From the NCBI RefSeq assembly GCF_006345805.1, contig NC_043014.1, positions 45,198,001 to 45,262,000 on the forward strand: a stretch of 64,000 nt of DNA, given 5' to 3'. Within the stretch, counting starts at the first letter, position 1; every line of letters starts with the position of its first letter. This stretch comes from Octopus sinensis. Lineage: Eukaryota. Under the pieces are notes generated by a model. The model had not been told where the DNA came from, ran no database searches, and saw only the letters and a program-made list of their open reading frames with translations. A program made the position numbers and the translations under genes. Below, one piece after another: positions 23,075 to 36,849 of the stretch.

Positions 23075-25494
23075 TACACACACATACACACACCTACATC
23101 TACACCCACTATATAACAGAACATTCATCAGTACACCACCACTCTCTTAGGTTGCTCTATTACTAATGTGACTTGCTCCTGATTTTCATCATTATCTCTA
23201 TGCTACACTAACAACATATTTTGGAAAGGATTTTTTGTTTTCAGGTCCTCTTTTTTGTAAAATATTGAGTTAACCGAAGAATTCAGGCATTAAAAATTCC
23301 CAAAATTATTTTGGTCTAATTATATTGCTTTGCAAATAATTTTGGTTCAGAGGAGTCACTTTTGGAGGAGTAGAGGGATGGCAGTGCTGGTGCTTATTTA
23401 TAGACATCAGCTACTTAGATGTGTCCACTTAAATTCTTATATACATATATTTATACATATATATATATATATACAAACATGCATAGCCATTTTCTGGCAT
23501 ATATGGCATGCAAAGATGTATATTAATGTATTCTGCTGTATATTATAATAAACAGTAATAATGATGTGGATGAAGAAAGGAAGAAAGGAAGGAAGGAATA
23601 GAAAGATGAAGTATAGTTATTTTGTTAATCAACATTTTGAATATTAAATCAAAAGCTATCAATTTATGAATTCTAGAACAACTATACCACCCCAGTTTTC
23701 AATATCTCTCTATCTCTAGAGAGAAATGGATAATTTGACCACACACACACGCACGCGTGCGCATATGTGTGTGTGTGTGTGCACTCTCATAAACCATGCT
23801 TTATTTAAAAATGTATGTGAGCTACATTTCATACTAGTTATGTGTACACATCGTTCACATTACACACATAATAAAATAGATACACTACATACCGCCACAC
23901 AATATACGTTATGCACCCACCCACTTTGGTTCTATTTTGTAGTTGGAAGGAAACCTTTCGCTTTTATGTTGTTAATACTTTCGGAAAAGCATGAATGCCA
24001 CGATATCAGCCAAACTCAGAGATTATGAAAATATATTTATTTAAGCAACTATGTGTGTATGTAATGTATACTATGTATGTATGTATGCATGCATGCATAC
24101 AGTATACATACATACAGAGAGAGAGAGAGAGAGAGAGAGTCAGAGACAGTAAGAATGAATGATATTAGACAGTATAGAAATTTATCATTCACATTTAGTT
24201 GATTTAATGCAGGTTATATTCTAAAATATAGGGCAATATACACATTAAATACAAAGTCGTATATTTCATACATGTTAGTCATGGTCATACATAACAGAAA
24301 CTTTTTCTTGTTTCCTTTTTATTTGCTTTTTTTTTTACTTTTCACATGGTAGATGTACATATGCATACAGATGCCTAATAAAATGCATGCATTTTACGTT
24401 TGATGTGTAGCAGTTAATATGATTAAAGCTTTTGGTGGGGGCAAGGAGGAGGGGCATAAAATATTGTTAGTCATAATGGAATGACCATGCTGAATAGTAA
24501 AACTGTAAACAGGATTTTCAGAGCCATTTACTTGGTATCAGTTGGCATTTATTATGAAGTGACATCTTAAAGCCACTGCTGCTGAGCTTCCAGAAAAGGA
24601 CAAATAATACAAATGGCAGGTATAGGAGCAGAGGAAGGGAGAATAGGGGTAAGAAGGCAGAAAAGGATGGAAATGAAAGGCTGAAAAAAGAAGTAAAAAA
24701 AAAAATAAAGCTGTGATTTGATGAATGAAATTAGTGGGAATGAAAAAAAGAAACTGAAGGAATGATGAATACCAGGTAAGAATTAAAAAGAGATAGAGAG
24801 AGAATGAAATAAGCTGGAAAGAAAATTATGATAAAATATAAGGGAAAAAGGCTCCAGATTTAGAAGAAATTGTTGCTTGATTCCTTGAGTCATTTTCACA
24901 TGACTTCAATTATTTGGGGTTTAAATTGGAACCGAATTTAGAATTATTTAATTGTATTACGAAGCGAATATTTCAAAAATCTATATGTATGTGCATAACT
25001 ATGAATAAAAGATTGCATGTGATGACACAATGTAATGATACGCACGTGATGATAATTCATGTGTGTAAGGGTTCTTGTAAGGGTATGCACATGTGGTTGT
25101 GTATTTCGATGAGTGTTTGTATGCTAAAGTGTGTCTGTATAAGCATTATTATCGAACATGTATGCACAATAAAACAGCTATTTTTCACATTTTGTCAAGT
25201 ATACAGGTGATGGTTGTAAAAAAAGATTCGATAGTTTATGCCAAAGATTGGTCCAGTTGAATTACTTTCAGACTTGTCCATCAGACATTACAGCCACAGA
25301 TATATGACAGATATTGCATATAAGATTATGCAACTGAAACACATATATATACATATCTTTATATAAATATATACATACATGCATACATACATATTAATGT
25401 AATAAAACTCTGAGTAGTAACAGAGAATTAACTCAACACACCAATAAAATACATTTATATTCATGCGTATGTGTCTATATATCAATATCTTTAT

Positions 25495-25495
25495 T

Positions 25496-25573
<78 letters not shown>

Positions 25574-25651
25574 TACATACATATCTATATATATATATAC
25601 ATATATATATATATACATATATATACATATACCTAAATATATACACACATA

Positions 25652-25684
<33 letters not shown>

Positions 25685-25700
25685 CACACACACACACACA
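25495..25700. repeat. Compound (CT)n(TA)n(CA)n microsatellite
   Basis: Directly visible; abuts the SINE half at 25730. Confidence 0.95.
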
Positions 25701-25729
25701 CAATCTCGCTCTTTCTCCCACTCTCATTT

Positions 25730-25888
25730 GAGCTTCTTTCAGTTTCCATCTGTCACATCAACTCACAAGGCTTTGTGGTTAGTCTGGGACTATAATAGAA
25801 GACACTTTCCTAAGGTGAGACGTAGTAAGGCTGAACTTGAAACCATGTGATTCGAAAGGGAGCTTCTTAACCACACAGTTATGCTTGC
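25730..25888 (-). mobile_element. Decayed 5' half of SINE family A
   Basis: gcttctttcagtttccatc..actcacaaggcttt..ctataatagaagacactt..cttgaaaccatgtg..ccacacag. Confidence 0.75.
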
Positions 25889-26639
25889 ATACATACTTGC
25901 TTACAAGAAAAAATACTCAACAGGATATATAAGTTCATTTCCAAGCTGATGATTCATTCTGCTGTGATTCTTTAGTCACCCGAATGAATCCACACAACTA
26001 AGAAACTTAGAGTAATGACAAAGCGAGCCATCAGATTCAAAAGTATAAATACACATATATGTGTGCATATATTTTTTCACATCCAGTTTCCATGCTGGCA
26101 TTGGTTGGAGATATACCTATATTTGTGTGTATGTGTGTGAGAAAGAGAGATGGAGAGAGTGTGTGTGTGTAGCTTCAGAAAAGAATATATTTCACATAGT
26201 TCAAAATTTGCATTCTACAGCTGTTTCATAAGGATAAACACCACCAAATTTGCAATTACGTAACTGTCATTGATATTTAATTTAAATTAATTATGTACCA
26301 CAAATATGAAATATACTTTTGATGTTTATATTAATGAAACAGCTGTCAAACACAAAAATTAACTACATGTGAAATTTCTGCATTTCTGTTTTTATGCAAA
26401 ATATGTTACTCTGAAGGATTGCTTTAGCTGATTATGTAAATACATGGTCATTGATCCTATTTGGATTTACTACAAAATAATAATGTGTTTGAGTCTAACA
26501 ATCTGTTTTTAATTGGGCCTTTAATTATCATGGATTTATTCTTTGATGTTTATACATCAATTTTCTATATGGCTATGGATGAATGGATGGATGGATAGAT
26601 AGATAATACACACACGCACACACATACGTTTAAACCCCA

Positions 26640-27690
26640 ACACTTCCTGTAAAGTCTATGCTTGGTGTCTAGAAAAGAGATGAAAGGATATATGTTGTTG
26701 AGCCCAAGCTAGCTGAAGAACTGTGTTGTTTTCATCCACAACACAGTACAACTGACCAGATATTCACTCTACAACAGGTCTTCAAGAAATTGTGGGAATA
26801 TTGCCAAGAAGTGTATGCTTGGCTTGTAGACCTCACAAAGTATATGACCATGTGCCACAAGACATGGCATGGAGGGTTTTGCAAGAGTTTTGAGGTCCAA
26901 TGAGCAATTTCTGGTTTCCATGAAGTCTATATGCATACCCAAATGTTTGTGCTTGGATAAATGATGCTAAGTCAAAGCCTTTCAATCTGGGATTTGGACT
27001 TAAACAAGGGTGTATATAACCACTCTCCTTTTCATAATTTTTATGAATTGGACTGGCATGTAAAGCAATTGTGGAAGTGGCATTACAACAGGTGAGTGTC
27101 AGATCAGTTGGCTGATAATTGCAGACAACCTGGTGCTACTAGGCTCATCAGCTGATCTCCAGTATGTACTAGTTTCCCTATTGAGTGCTGCAAGGCAAGG
27201 AAGATAATTAGTGCTGCAAAACTGGGATATTGGTCCTCTCAAAACAGTCTTCTCAGTGCACTCTGCATTTTAATGGAATATCATTCAGGCAAGTGGAAAA
27301 CTTTAAGTAACTTAAGGCTGTATTTATGAGTGATGGAAGGCAGGAGGCCAAATTTGATGCAAGAATTGTAGGTGCTGGTACAGTAGTGTGCGAGCTTCGG
27401 CATTTGATCCCTAGAAGAGGAAAGTTTCATTTTAAAAAATGGCTAAACTTGCTATCTTTAGGTTTTGTGCCTATCCTCACCTATGGTTATGAATGCTGGG
27501 TAATGACCAAAAGAGTACAATTGAAAATAACAAGCAGCTGAAATGGAGGTTCTCCAAAGGATCTCAGAAGTAACATTACTTGACAGTGTGTATAGCTCTG
27601 AGATCAGGATGTCTCTCTCTAGATCAAACTGCTACTTCACACTGAGAGATCACAGCTCTGGTACTATGAACATGTGCATGTTGTCATCAT
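26640..27690 (+). mobile_element. Decayed RTE-clade LINE (Expander/Rex3-like) spanning the RT domain
   Basis: Successive remnants: KVYA, STTDQIFTLQQVF, GL.QGC, IADNLVLL (FADD position), FMSDGRQEA, FVPILTYGYECWVMT, SQL.WY.HV; many stops and frameshifts. Confidence 0.85.
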
Positions 27691-27940
27691 CTCAGTGGTT
27701 TTACAATTCTGGAATGGATTGCTTTAATTTTGATACTTGTACATAATGTCATTTGCTCAGTCAGCAACCTCTTAGGAATGAAAGAAAAATGATTTCTCCA
27801 AAAAGTATTTCCATAAAATTGAGCTTAAATCCCTTGTAAACATGAAAAAAATCACATAGTATAAGTAAAGTGTATTAGTATATTCCTCGAATGATACATC
27901 ATTGAAAAAAATTATGAAAATTAGGGTGTTTGTGTATCCT

Positions 27941-28220
27941 TCATCTTTTACTTTTTTCAGTCACTAAACTGCAGCCATACTCCAGTACTTTTTAATATTT
28001 TAAAGTCTGGTACTTATTCCATTCATCTCCTTGGCCAAACTGCTAACAGTGATATCAACGACCCAACACAAATCATCATGCAGTGACAGGGAAGGCACAA
28101 ACACAAAAGAATCAATCACAAGGCACTAGTTAGCCCAGGGCTATAGGAGAAAACATTTGCCCAAGGCACAACCCAGTGGAACTGATCCCAAAACCACATA
28201 GTTGCAAAGCAAGCTTTGCA
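27941..28220 (-). mobile_element. Highly decayed SINE family A copy
   Basis: ttttacttttttcagtca..gcagccat..gtacttattc..gcccaaggcaca..gtggaactga. Confidence 0.6.
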
Positions 28221-28222
28221 TG

Positions 28223-28260
<38 letters not shown>

Positions 28261-28271
28261 ATTCATTTTAA

Positions 28272-28492
28272 CCCTTTTGTTACTGTATTTATTTTGAGAT
28301 GCTTTGTGTTTCTTTCAATTAATTTTAAATATAACAAAGAATTTAGTAAAATAACTTGGTTATCATTAAGCTAGTGATAGGAACATAAATTATGGCTAAG
28401 GTTTGGAGGAAGATTTTTATTCAAAACTTATGAAAGTAAAACATTTGTACTCAGAGCCAGAGCCAGTTTCAGCCAGGTTGGTAACGAAAGGG
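28272..28492. mobile_element. piggyBac-like MITE (221 bp), TTAA target site duplication
   Basis: TTAA|cccttttgttact ... ggtaacgaaaggg|TTAA; 13-bp imperfect TIR beginning CCC. Confidence 0.8.
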
Positions 28493-30079
28493 TTAACAGT
28501 GACTTTGAAGTTTCAGCTTATTAGACATCAACAGTTTGATGACAACTAGTAAACCAAATCTTCAAAGTCACTGTCAACCTTCTTGTAAAAATGAATAAAT
28601 GTGATACACTAAAAAGTATTTTTAACTGTTTTTATACATAACTTTACATAAAAATAAACATTAATGTGTGCGTGTGTTTGTGAGTACATGTATATGCAAG
28701 TATCCACAGACTCACTCATATACACACAATATACACAATCATATATAATTAACTGTTGTATGTGAACAAATTTTATCAGGAAACTATTTATTTGTAAATG
28801 TCATAAGAAATTTAAGTAGTGGAAGCAAAATATTATGCAACAAGTCAGTGTATAATTAAGTTCAATCTGGAGTTGGCTGGATGATATTTTAGAAACTGAA
28901 TCTGAACTATAGGACAATGTACAGTATAGAACAGCTTAACAGTGTAACATATAGATTGATATAAAATATAATTGATCTATTGTGAACAGGAATGATTAAC
29001 TGTTACACCCTGCCACTACCGTTACCACTTTACATACAAACAAACACACATGGTTCACACTTGAAAGAATACAGGGAAGCAACTGTTATATTGTACCTCC
29101 TAAACAAAGAAGGGGTGTGATCTCAGAGAATGGATCAACATTAAACTGAATGGTAGGAGCTGGGGTATATGTCAATCTAAATCATAATGGGTGAAACTGC
29201 ACTTATGAAAACATGTCCCACTTCACTCACCCATGTGTGGAGTAGTAGCAGTGGTGGTGGTGGTGGTGGTGGTAATATGTGTTCACTGTCAGCTGGTGGT
29301 TGACAGCAGCTGGGACATTGGGTAGGCCAATTAAGACTTAGAAGTGAAGTGGTAATTAGAAGTGACCATAACCAAGTGTGCCCCACACTCTCTTAAAAAA
29401 AAAAATCAATGAGAATAGGAATAATAGGGTGGTGGTAGTGGGAGGAGGAGGAAGAGGAGGAGGAAGTTGATAATCATGAAGGTGGTGATACTGGGGAGCA
29501 TATGCTTGGACATTAAATTGTATCCTGAGGCAAGGCATATTTGTCTACTTTAGTAAGGTACAACTTTAAAAAAAAAAAGTGGTACTTAGGCTGACTTAAA
29601 ACTTCATACTTATTGCTGAACAATTAAAAAGGCCATCAAGCTGTGTAACAACAAGTCACCAACTTCAAACATAAAAGGAAGTCTTAAAATTTACAGAAAA
29701 CATCACCTGATGCTTGCACTGGAAAACAGACATTAAAGTTGAGAAAAAAAATGCATGCACTCATTCTCTTACAAGACAATTCAATCTGAGTTATGTGCGT
29801 TGATCAAGATCCAGTACAATACTTTGAAGGTCTTAATAGTTCGCAACTCATCAGTGAAAACAAAATCATAGCAGACGCTGAAGTAGCCATCAGTGATTTG
29901 CTATCTTCGATTACAGTCAGGACTATATCCAAGAAGTGTGTTACATTTGTGAGAAACGGGTAATGAATGCAGAGCAGCAGAGATATAGGAAAGAATGGAA
30001 ACGAGAATGATTTGCTAGCTGAATGGATTATGATTGAGAGAGAGAGAGAGAAGACAAGCAATAAATTGCAGAGAACGAG

Positions 30080-30181
30080 GAAAAGAGAGCCAGAAGTGTT
30101 GTGGAGAGAAATGGGATGAGATGGCTGGGTCATGTGCAGAAGAAGGATGAAAGTGACTGGGTGAAAGGTATGATGGAAATG
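30080..30181 (+). mobile_element. Short RTE ORF C-terminal remnant
   Basis: Translates to MRWLGHVQKKDESDWVKGMME, matching the RTE LRWFGHV motif; cut by the SINE at 30185. Confidence 0.6.
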
Positions 30182-30184
30182 ATT

Positions 30185-30409
30185 ACTCTTTACTCTTTTA
30201 CTCTTTTACTTGTTTCAGTCATTTGACTGCGGCCATGCTGGAGCACCGCCTTTAGTCGAGCAACTCGAACCCGGGACTTATTCTTTTTGTAAGCCCAGTA
30301 CTTATTCTATCGGTCTATTTTTGCCGAACCGCTAAGTAACGGGGGACATAAACACACTACCATCGGTTGTCAAGCAATGCTAGGGGGACAAACACAGACA
30401 CACAAACAC

Positions 30410-30440
<31 letters not shown>

Positions 30441-30612
30441 CATATATACGACGGGCTTCTTTCAGTTTCCGTCTACCAAATTCACTCACAAGGCTTTGGT
30501 TGGCCCGAGGCTATAGTAGAAGACACTTGCCCAGGGTGCCACGCAGTGGGACTGAACCCGGAACCATGTGGTTGGTAGACAAGCTACTTACCACACAGCC
30601 ACTCCTGCGCCT
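30185..30612 (-). mobile_element. Full-length young SINE family A
   Basis: Reverse complement of the 9153 copy with CpGs retained. Confidence 0.92.
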
Positions 30613-31266
30613 AACCTCTGCTTTAGCATGAAAAATGGTCTTGAAAATGTTTGTTGTATCTAAGAAGAAGTATATATTAGTATTCACGAGTGATTAATAT
30701 AAACTATTCAATTCCAAAATCAAAAGTATTAAAGAAATAAACTCATGAGTGAATTGTTTTAATCTTTTTATATAACCCTAATTAGTTGACAATAAATGTT
30801 CAAATTAAAACTATGAGATCAAAATAAGTGGAACTCTCCTAGAGAAAATAGTTTTGATGTAATGTAATAAAGATGGAGTATTTCAAGAATAAAATTCAGC
30901 AAATGCCATGAGAAATAATGTTAGTGACATTTGATAACTCTAAATGGGCTGGGGGTAGTTAACAAGTTCAGGAGAGCATAGTCCATTGTATTCTTGTTAA
31001 CCATAAATAAAATTTGTTTTCACAATAACAAGCAGAGAAAAGCAGAGTTAAAACACCATTCCAGAGTAAGCTTGAACATAAAGAAATTCCTGAAGGAATT
31101 TCTTGATTAAAACAAATATACAAAACAGGATAAAAATATATAAAAATATATACAGCAAAATGTACTGTTGTAGAGTATAATTAAGTAACTTGGTTAAGAA
31201 CACTACTCAATGTTTGTGACAATAAAAAAATTTCCAATTTTTTCAAATGAGAACTGGATCACTTAA

Positions 31267-31488
31267 CCCTTTAGAATTTGAACCGGCCATATCCGGCCAA
31301 AAGTATTCCGCCTGTTTTATGTTCAAACTGGCCAGATCTGATCTCTCACACCAACCCTACAATATCATCTTAAAAATTAACAGCTACCTTATCAAAATCT
31401 CATAGCTACAAGATTAATGCATGATTAGTTCAAAACAATTTGGATAAAAAAGGATTAATTTTGGCAGAATAATGCGAACACTAAAGGG
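31267..31488. mobile_element. piggyBac-like MITE (222 bp), TTAA TSD, CCCTTTAG TIR
   Basis: TTAA|ccctttag ... ctaaaggg|TTAA; homologous to 39327-39545 and 61038-61210. Confidence 0.85.
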
Positions 31489-33299
31489 TTAAAGTGTTTT
31501 TTATTAGTTACTGTGAGAAGGAGCAATGCCTAAAACATTTTGTAGATCTTCCCAGACTGAAGGATAGAGATAACTGAGGAAATTCAATTTAGATACGTTT
31601 ACTTAAATCTTTGTAGCTTGTTGGGTAGAGAGAAACAACATAGGTCATGGGGAAATTCTATAAGACTGTGCTTTGGGGAAAAGGAATTGGCAGAATCAAC
31701 AGTATTCACTTTCAAGTAACTTAGGTTTATAACATTTATGAACCTAAGTTTATAGCTCCTCTATTACAAAATGAAAGACAAATTTATAAAAGGTATTTTG
31801 CATGTGAGATTTAAATGACATCTAGAGATGAGCGTTAAAGGTCTAATATGGATTCCAATAATAAAAATATGTTTATCACGAGAAAGACAATTATTGCCAA
31901 TTACCTTTCATAATAATTTTATTATTCTCACTGATGACCAAGCAAGGTGTAATAACATGATAAAACAGTGTCTGTAAAACACTCCACCACATCTTCCACT
32001 TATGGATCATCAATATCACTGCTTCATTTAACATCTGTTTTTTCAATGTTTGCATGACTTAAACTAGTATTACAAACTACATCTGTCACCAGAGAAACTA
32101 TACAGAAATCAGATAACATTTTCAGTTTTCCCTCCAGTATAACTGGAGCAAAAGACTTACATGACTGGATATTATTCTTCCTTGTATCAGCTACAGTATT
32201 GATGAGAAATGTGCAAAGAATAGTGGGGAGGAGGTATAGAAGGATTTGGAGAAAGACGGAAAGAAAAAGATGAAAAAATAAGAAAAACAATGAAGAGAAA
32301 GTTAGCAAGAGAGTGAGTGGGATGTGTAACAGATCAGAGTAAAAGTGTAAAGTAGAAATAGAGGGAAGAGAGGAGAAAGAGAGATATGGTGATTGGGGAA
32401 GAGATAACATGAAAAATAGAAGACAGAGAGAGAGTGGTGGGGGAGAAAGAAAGAAATAGGAGTGATGAAAGGGAATATAAAAAGCATCAGTTCTGTTGAA
32501 TTCCTAGTGTACTTCCAATCTATAAAGAATGTTAAAAGCTGACTACCCTAACTATGCAGATGTAAAATTCAGAGTTGAAGGGAAAAGCAGCTAGCTTCTG
32601 TGGAAAAAAAAATTTTTTTTTTTTTAAATCTACATGTTACTATATATTTAAAGACAGCAAAAAGATTTATTGGCTGTAATCTGTCATTGTATTATATGTA
32701 CATAGTTAACAACACATCAATTTAACTGTTTAGAATTTACAACTCGGAGCCAATTTACATACACTATCCACATATAATTAGTCATTTCGTTTTATTTGAT
32801 GTGTTTGGGGTTTCTAGAAAAACTCTCCCTCCCTCCCTCCCTCTCTCTTTCTCTCTCTCATTTCACTTTTTCAGATAAGTCTGTAACATTAATATACATC
32901 ACTGAAATTTCTGAATAATACTTTGTTAGATAAATTTTCATTTTTCTTTCTTTTTTTTTTTTTTCCTTATTTATTTAATATATAGTAAAAGATGAAATAA
33001 TCAAGCTACTAATTGATTTAAAATGAAGCATCATTCCAAAACTTTATTATTAGGAATGCACAGCAGTGAAATAGATAGTATTAGCAACACTACAACATAA
33101 ATAAGATTAACACATTTTTCTAAACTCAGATCAATAAAAGGGGTACCGGTAATGTATTGGAACAAATAAAGAGAATCTAGTATATAAATTTTAAGTGGCT
33201 TCTCGGAATTAACTTGGGTAACTCAATAACAGCTGTTGCGATTTGAGTTTTTGAAGGAACATATTCTGAATGATGATATTCTTTGCTTCCCACATATTC

Positions 33300-33876
33300 T
33301 TTTATTCTTTTACTTGTTTCAGTCATTTGACAGCAGCCAAGCTGGAGCACCACCTTTAGTTGAACAAATCGACCCCAGGACTTATTCTTTGTAAACCTAC
33401 TACTTATTCTATTGGTCTCTTGGATCTTTTCGGTTTGAATGGCAGTTTTTTCTAGCAGTGTCATATGAAATTGTCACCCATAATTATGACCCTAGTATCT
33501 ATCTATTGCATTTCAATCTCTTTTAGGGTTAGGGGTGGGGGAAGGGTATCTTTTTTTCTTCACAAATGTAAATAAACCCAATCTGTTTCTTAAACGAGGG
33601 ACATATTCATACGGCACAGAATGCTTTTTAACTCAATAGACGTCACTGATTGGTTGAAATTGCAAAAACTGAAGAAAAACAACAACAAATATCTTACAAA
33701 CTATAGAATTTTCTCAATAAAGCCAAGAGTAAAAGATGTTTTATAAACACATTCTACCAGTATTCTTTAGTTACCTAGAAATTATGTTAAAAACTGCCAT
33801 TCAAACCAAAAAGATCCGGTCTCTTTTGCCAAACTGCTAAGTTACAGGGATGTAAACACACCAGCATCAGTTGTCA
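33300..33876 (-). mobile_element. 3' half of SINE family A interrupted by a MITE
   Basis: SINE sequence runs 33300-33421 and resumes at 33818 in register with the consensus ctatcggtctcttttgccgaacc. Confidence 0.85.
33422..33817. mobile_element. 396-bp MITE with 29-bp TIR (GGATCTTTT...) and 8-bp TSD GGTCTCTT; Merlin-like
   Basis: Left ggatcttttcggtttgaatggcagttttt versus right aaaaactgccattcaaaccaaaaagatcc (1 mismatch); TSD at 33414-33421 and 33818-33825. The superfamily is inferred from the GG termini plus 8-bp TSD. Confidence 0.85.
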
Positions 33877-35453
33877 TATGTCATTTCTTTCACATAATAT
33901 GAGCTGTGACTTGAACTCGGTCTTTTACTGAAGTTTACAATACTAAGAGTCCCATTCCTCCATTGCATTGTCTTGTATGCTCGATTACAGGACAAAAACA
34001 AAAAAAGTTACTGACTCATACTCTCAAATACACAAACAGAACAATTGTTTACATTCAGCTTGTGGAAGTGGATAAATACTTCTGCAAGAGGATAATGGTA
34101 TTATTTAAAGTGTTAAATGAAATAGAACAAAACTCATTAAACAAGTTCCTTCAGTTGAATAGGCAAGAGCAGATAGTTCAAACTGTGTTTTTTACTGACA
34201 GAAATACTGATTTCATGACATTTATATCCAAAATAAATATCTCATAATAATGCAATCAACATTTAGAGATCTGATTTAATTGTCTCAGTATAATAAAACA
34301 ACCTGAATGACATTGAATATCAATCTTACCTCAATAGTGATTGTCTAGAGAAAGTGAAGTTTAAGAAATTTATTGTGTTATTTTCTTTAAGTACAGAGCT
34401 TCTACAATAATTGGAGAGAAAGCAAATTGAGTATAATCTGCTGGGTGTGCAGTGTTAACAATCAATAGAAATCAAGAGAAAGTGAAATGAGAAAGTAAAT
34501 GAGTATAAATGTGTTAGTTGATATCTACAGTAGACACAAACTGCACTTACTGATATGGACATGTGATGTAAATAAATAGTGTTGGACACAAAAACAAATG
34601 TTTTGAGTTAGAACATAAGTTTATATCTCAGAAAGAAAGATTTCAGAAGAAGCAGTTAGAACAAGGTACACTGAATTCATTACTTACTTTTACACTACTA
34701 TCTCACTATTGGGTGCCTTTACATGCTTGTGGAGTCCATTTTGCCCCCAAGTCTCCAACCTGAGGATAATACAATATCTTTGCACACAGCTTTTTACATC
34801 ATGAGTCCACAAATCATGGGGTTTCTTTACTTCCCTTCCCTTCAGCAATTTCAGAGATCTTACAGAAGTCATGGCTACCTCCTTTCCTCCTTTGATTAAA
34901 TCATGATAAAAATGACTGAATTGAGAACATTGTGTCTTACAAGATAGAAATGTGCTGTATTACAGTTTTATCCAAGACATGCCAGTGGAGAAAGATGGGT
35001 CATTAAAATTATGGTAACAATAGTGATAGCAATCCAGATGAAAATAATAATGAGTAGTCTGTAGATAATTATTATAAAAACAGATAAATACAAAACTGCC
35101 CAATTGATAAGATTTTATATAAATTATCAAGAAATCTGATTGCCAATACATCTAAAATCTCAACTACTGAAAATTATTTCATCAACAATGCCCAATATTC
35201 TCAGGTTTGGTTTTGTTGCTCCACCCCAAGCTTTATTTGATAACTTCTACCATTGATATAAATTATTTCATTGCCTAACTTTGAAGTATGTTGTATCTTC
35301 TAAAAGGAATTGTTTTCTCATATGGAAACTGCAGCTTATGGCTTTACAACAGTGCATATACATTAATTATGTCATATAGATAAAGATTTTACTCTAGACC
35401 TGTTTCTGTAGCATTATGCAAATACAGACAGTCTAGTATAGTTATATATATCT

Positions 35454-35886
35454 TCATCATCCTCATCATTTTAACATCTACTTTTCTATGCTTGCATGAG
35501 TCAGATGAAATTCAGTGAAGCAGGCATTCTATGGTTGGATGCCCTTCCTGTTACAATCCATCATCAATTATCAAGCAAGGTAATATTTCCCCCATGCCTA
35601 GACATGTTTCTCTTGGATGACTGGAAATGAACAACATTCTTCTTTGTGCAACTGTACTTATTCATACACATCAGATGGCCAAACCAGTATAGTCGCTTCT
35701 CTTGTACAAAACATCTGACTCCTCTCATGCCTAACGTTTCTCTCATTTGCACTTTGTCATACATACACACTAACATTGCTCATACAGTAGAGCATACTAG
35801 CTTCATTCTTCTTTAGTCTTCATATGTCCTTTGCATTCAGGGTCTACATCTCTCTGTACATGCACAAGCATCATACAATGTCTTTC

Positions 35887-35924
<38 letters not shown>

Positions 35925-36760
35925 TTTGTTGCCAACAGAGATAATAGCTCTCTAAACTTTTTCTTATTCTAGTGTCTACACTTTCAGAACATCATCCTCC
36001 ACAGCTAATTAAATCACCTTGGTGACAGAAACCATCTACAATCTCTAGGAAGCTTCCAGGGTATTTCAGAGAATCAGTTTTCCATGTTACCTTGGACTTT
36101 ATGGCACCAGTGCTTCTTCCACATACAAAAAATACTTTCTCTGTCATCTTCTTGCACCTCTTCTGTGTCCAGGGCTTGCATTGGATAAACCATTTGGAAT
36201 TTCTGTCTACATCTTTCTTACGTATCAAGCAGGGCCATTTCAACTTACTAGGATTTTGGTCTTTGCTAAGCTGAGGTCCTTCAATTCCAGGTTTTGCTTT
36301 CATACCTCAAATTACTTTTTTAATTCAGTTACAGATTCTGCTATGAAAACAAGAGCATCAGTCACAGGAACAGCCAATTTTTAATTCTATTATAGCCAAG
36401 AGAACAATGATAAATAGGATGGGACTGAAAAATGAGTCCTGGTGAACTTACCTGTACACTCAATTCATCACTGTATTCATGGCTAACTTTCACTTTACTA
36501 ACAGCACCCCTGTACATGGCTTTTACAGCTTGACAAGCAATTTATCTACCCCTAGCTTCTTCAAAGACTACCATATCAGAGAGCAAGGGACTTTGTCAAG
36601 GGCTTTCTCCAAGTCAACAAATACCAAGTATAATGGATTACTCTTAGCTACAAACTTCTGCAATTGTCAAAGAGGACAGCATTGATAGTACTTCTACCTG
36701 GTACAAAACCAAACTGTATCTCATCTACTCTAATTCTGCTTCTAATTAATTAGGTTATTA
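35454..36760 (-). mobile_element. 5'-truncated decayed RTE LINE (major family) from RT domain to (GAT)n tail
   Basis: Minus-strand remnants IQFGFVPGRSTINAV, EKRLYWFGHLM, VDGFCHQGDLISCGG, a Cys-rich segment, then the 3' UTR and tail seen at 991. Confidence 0.85.
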
Positions 36761-36849
36761 CTTTCTCTGTAATACTTTAAATATATATTTTAATTATATA
36801 GAAGGAAATACTGCTAATGATTATAATAGAGCTGATAGAGAGAACACAG

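Larger units (their letters stand above)
20568..23150 (-). promoter_or_regulatory. Probable 5' UTR and promoter region of the 838-aa gene
   Basis: About 2.5 kb with no recognisable TE; CACGTG boxes near 21025 and 21185, a gcgcgcgg CpG cluster near 21543, and long (CT)n/GAGA tracts at 22285-22365 and 22730-22790. The TSS cannot be placed. Confidence 0.35.

Noticed and set aside
25288-25850. YI/HT/CV-repeat ORFs, here and at other dinucleotide arrays
   Set aside because: Dinucleotide repeats lack stop codons; not genes.
29177-29386. 69-aa ORF with a signal-peptide-like start and polyproline
   Set aside because: Short, built around a GGT microsatellite, with no splice or homology support.
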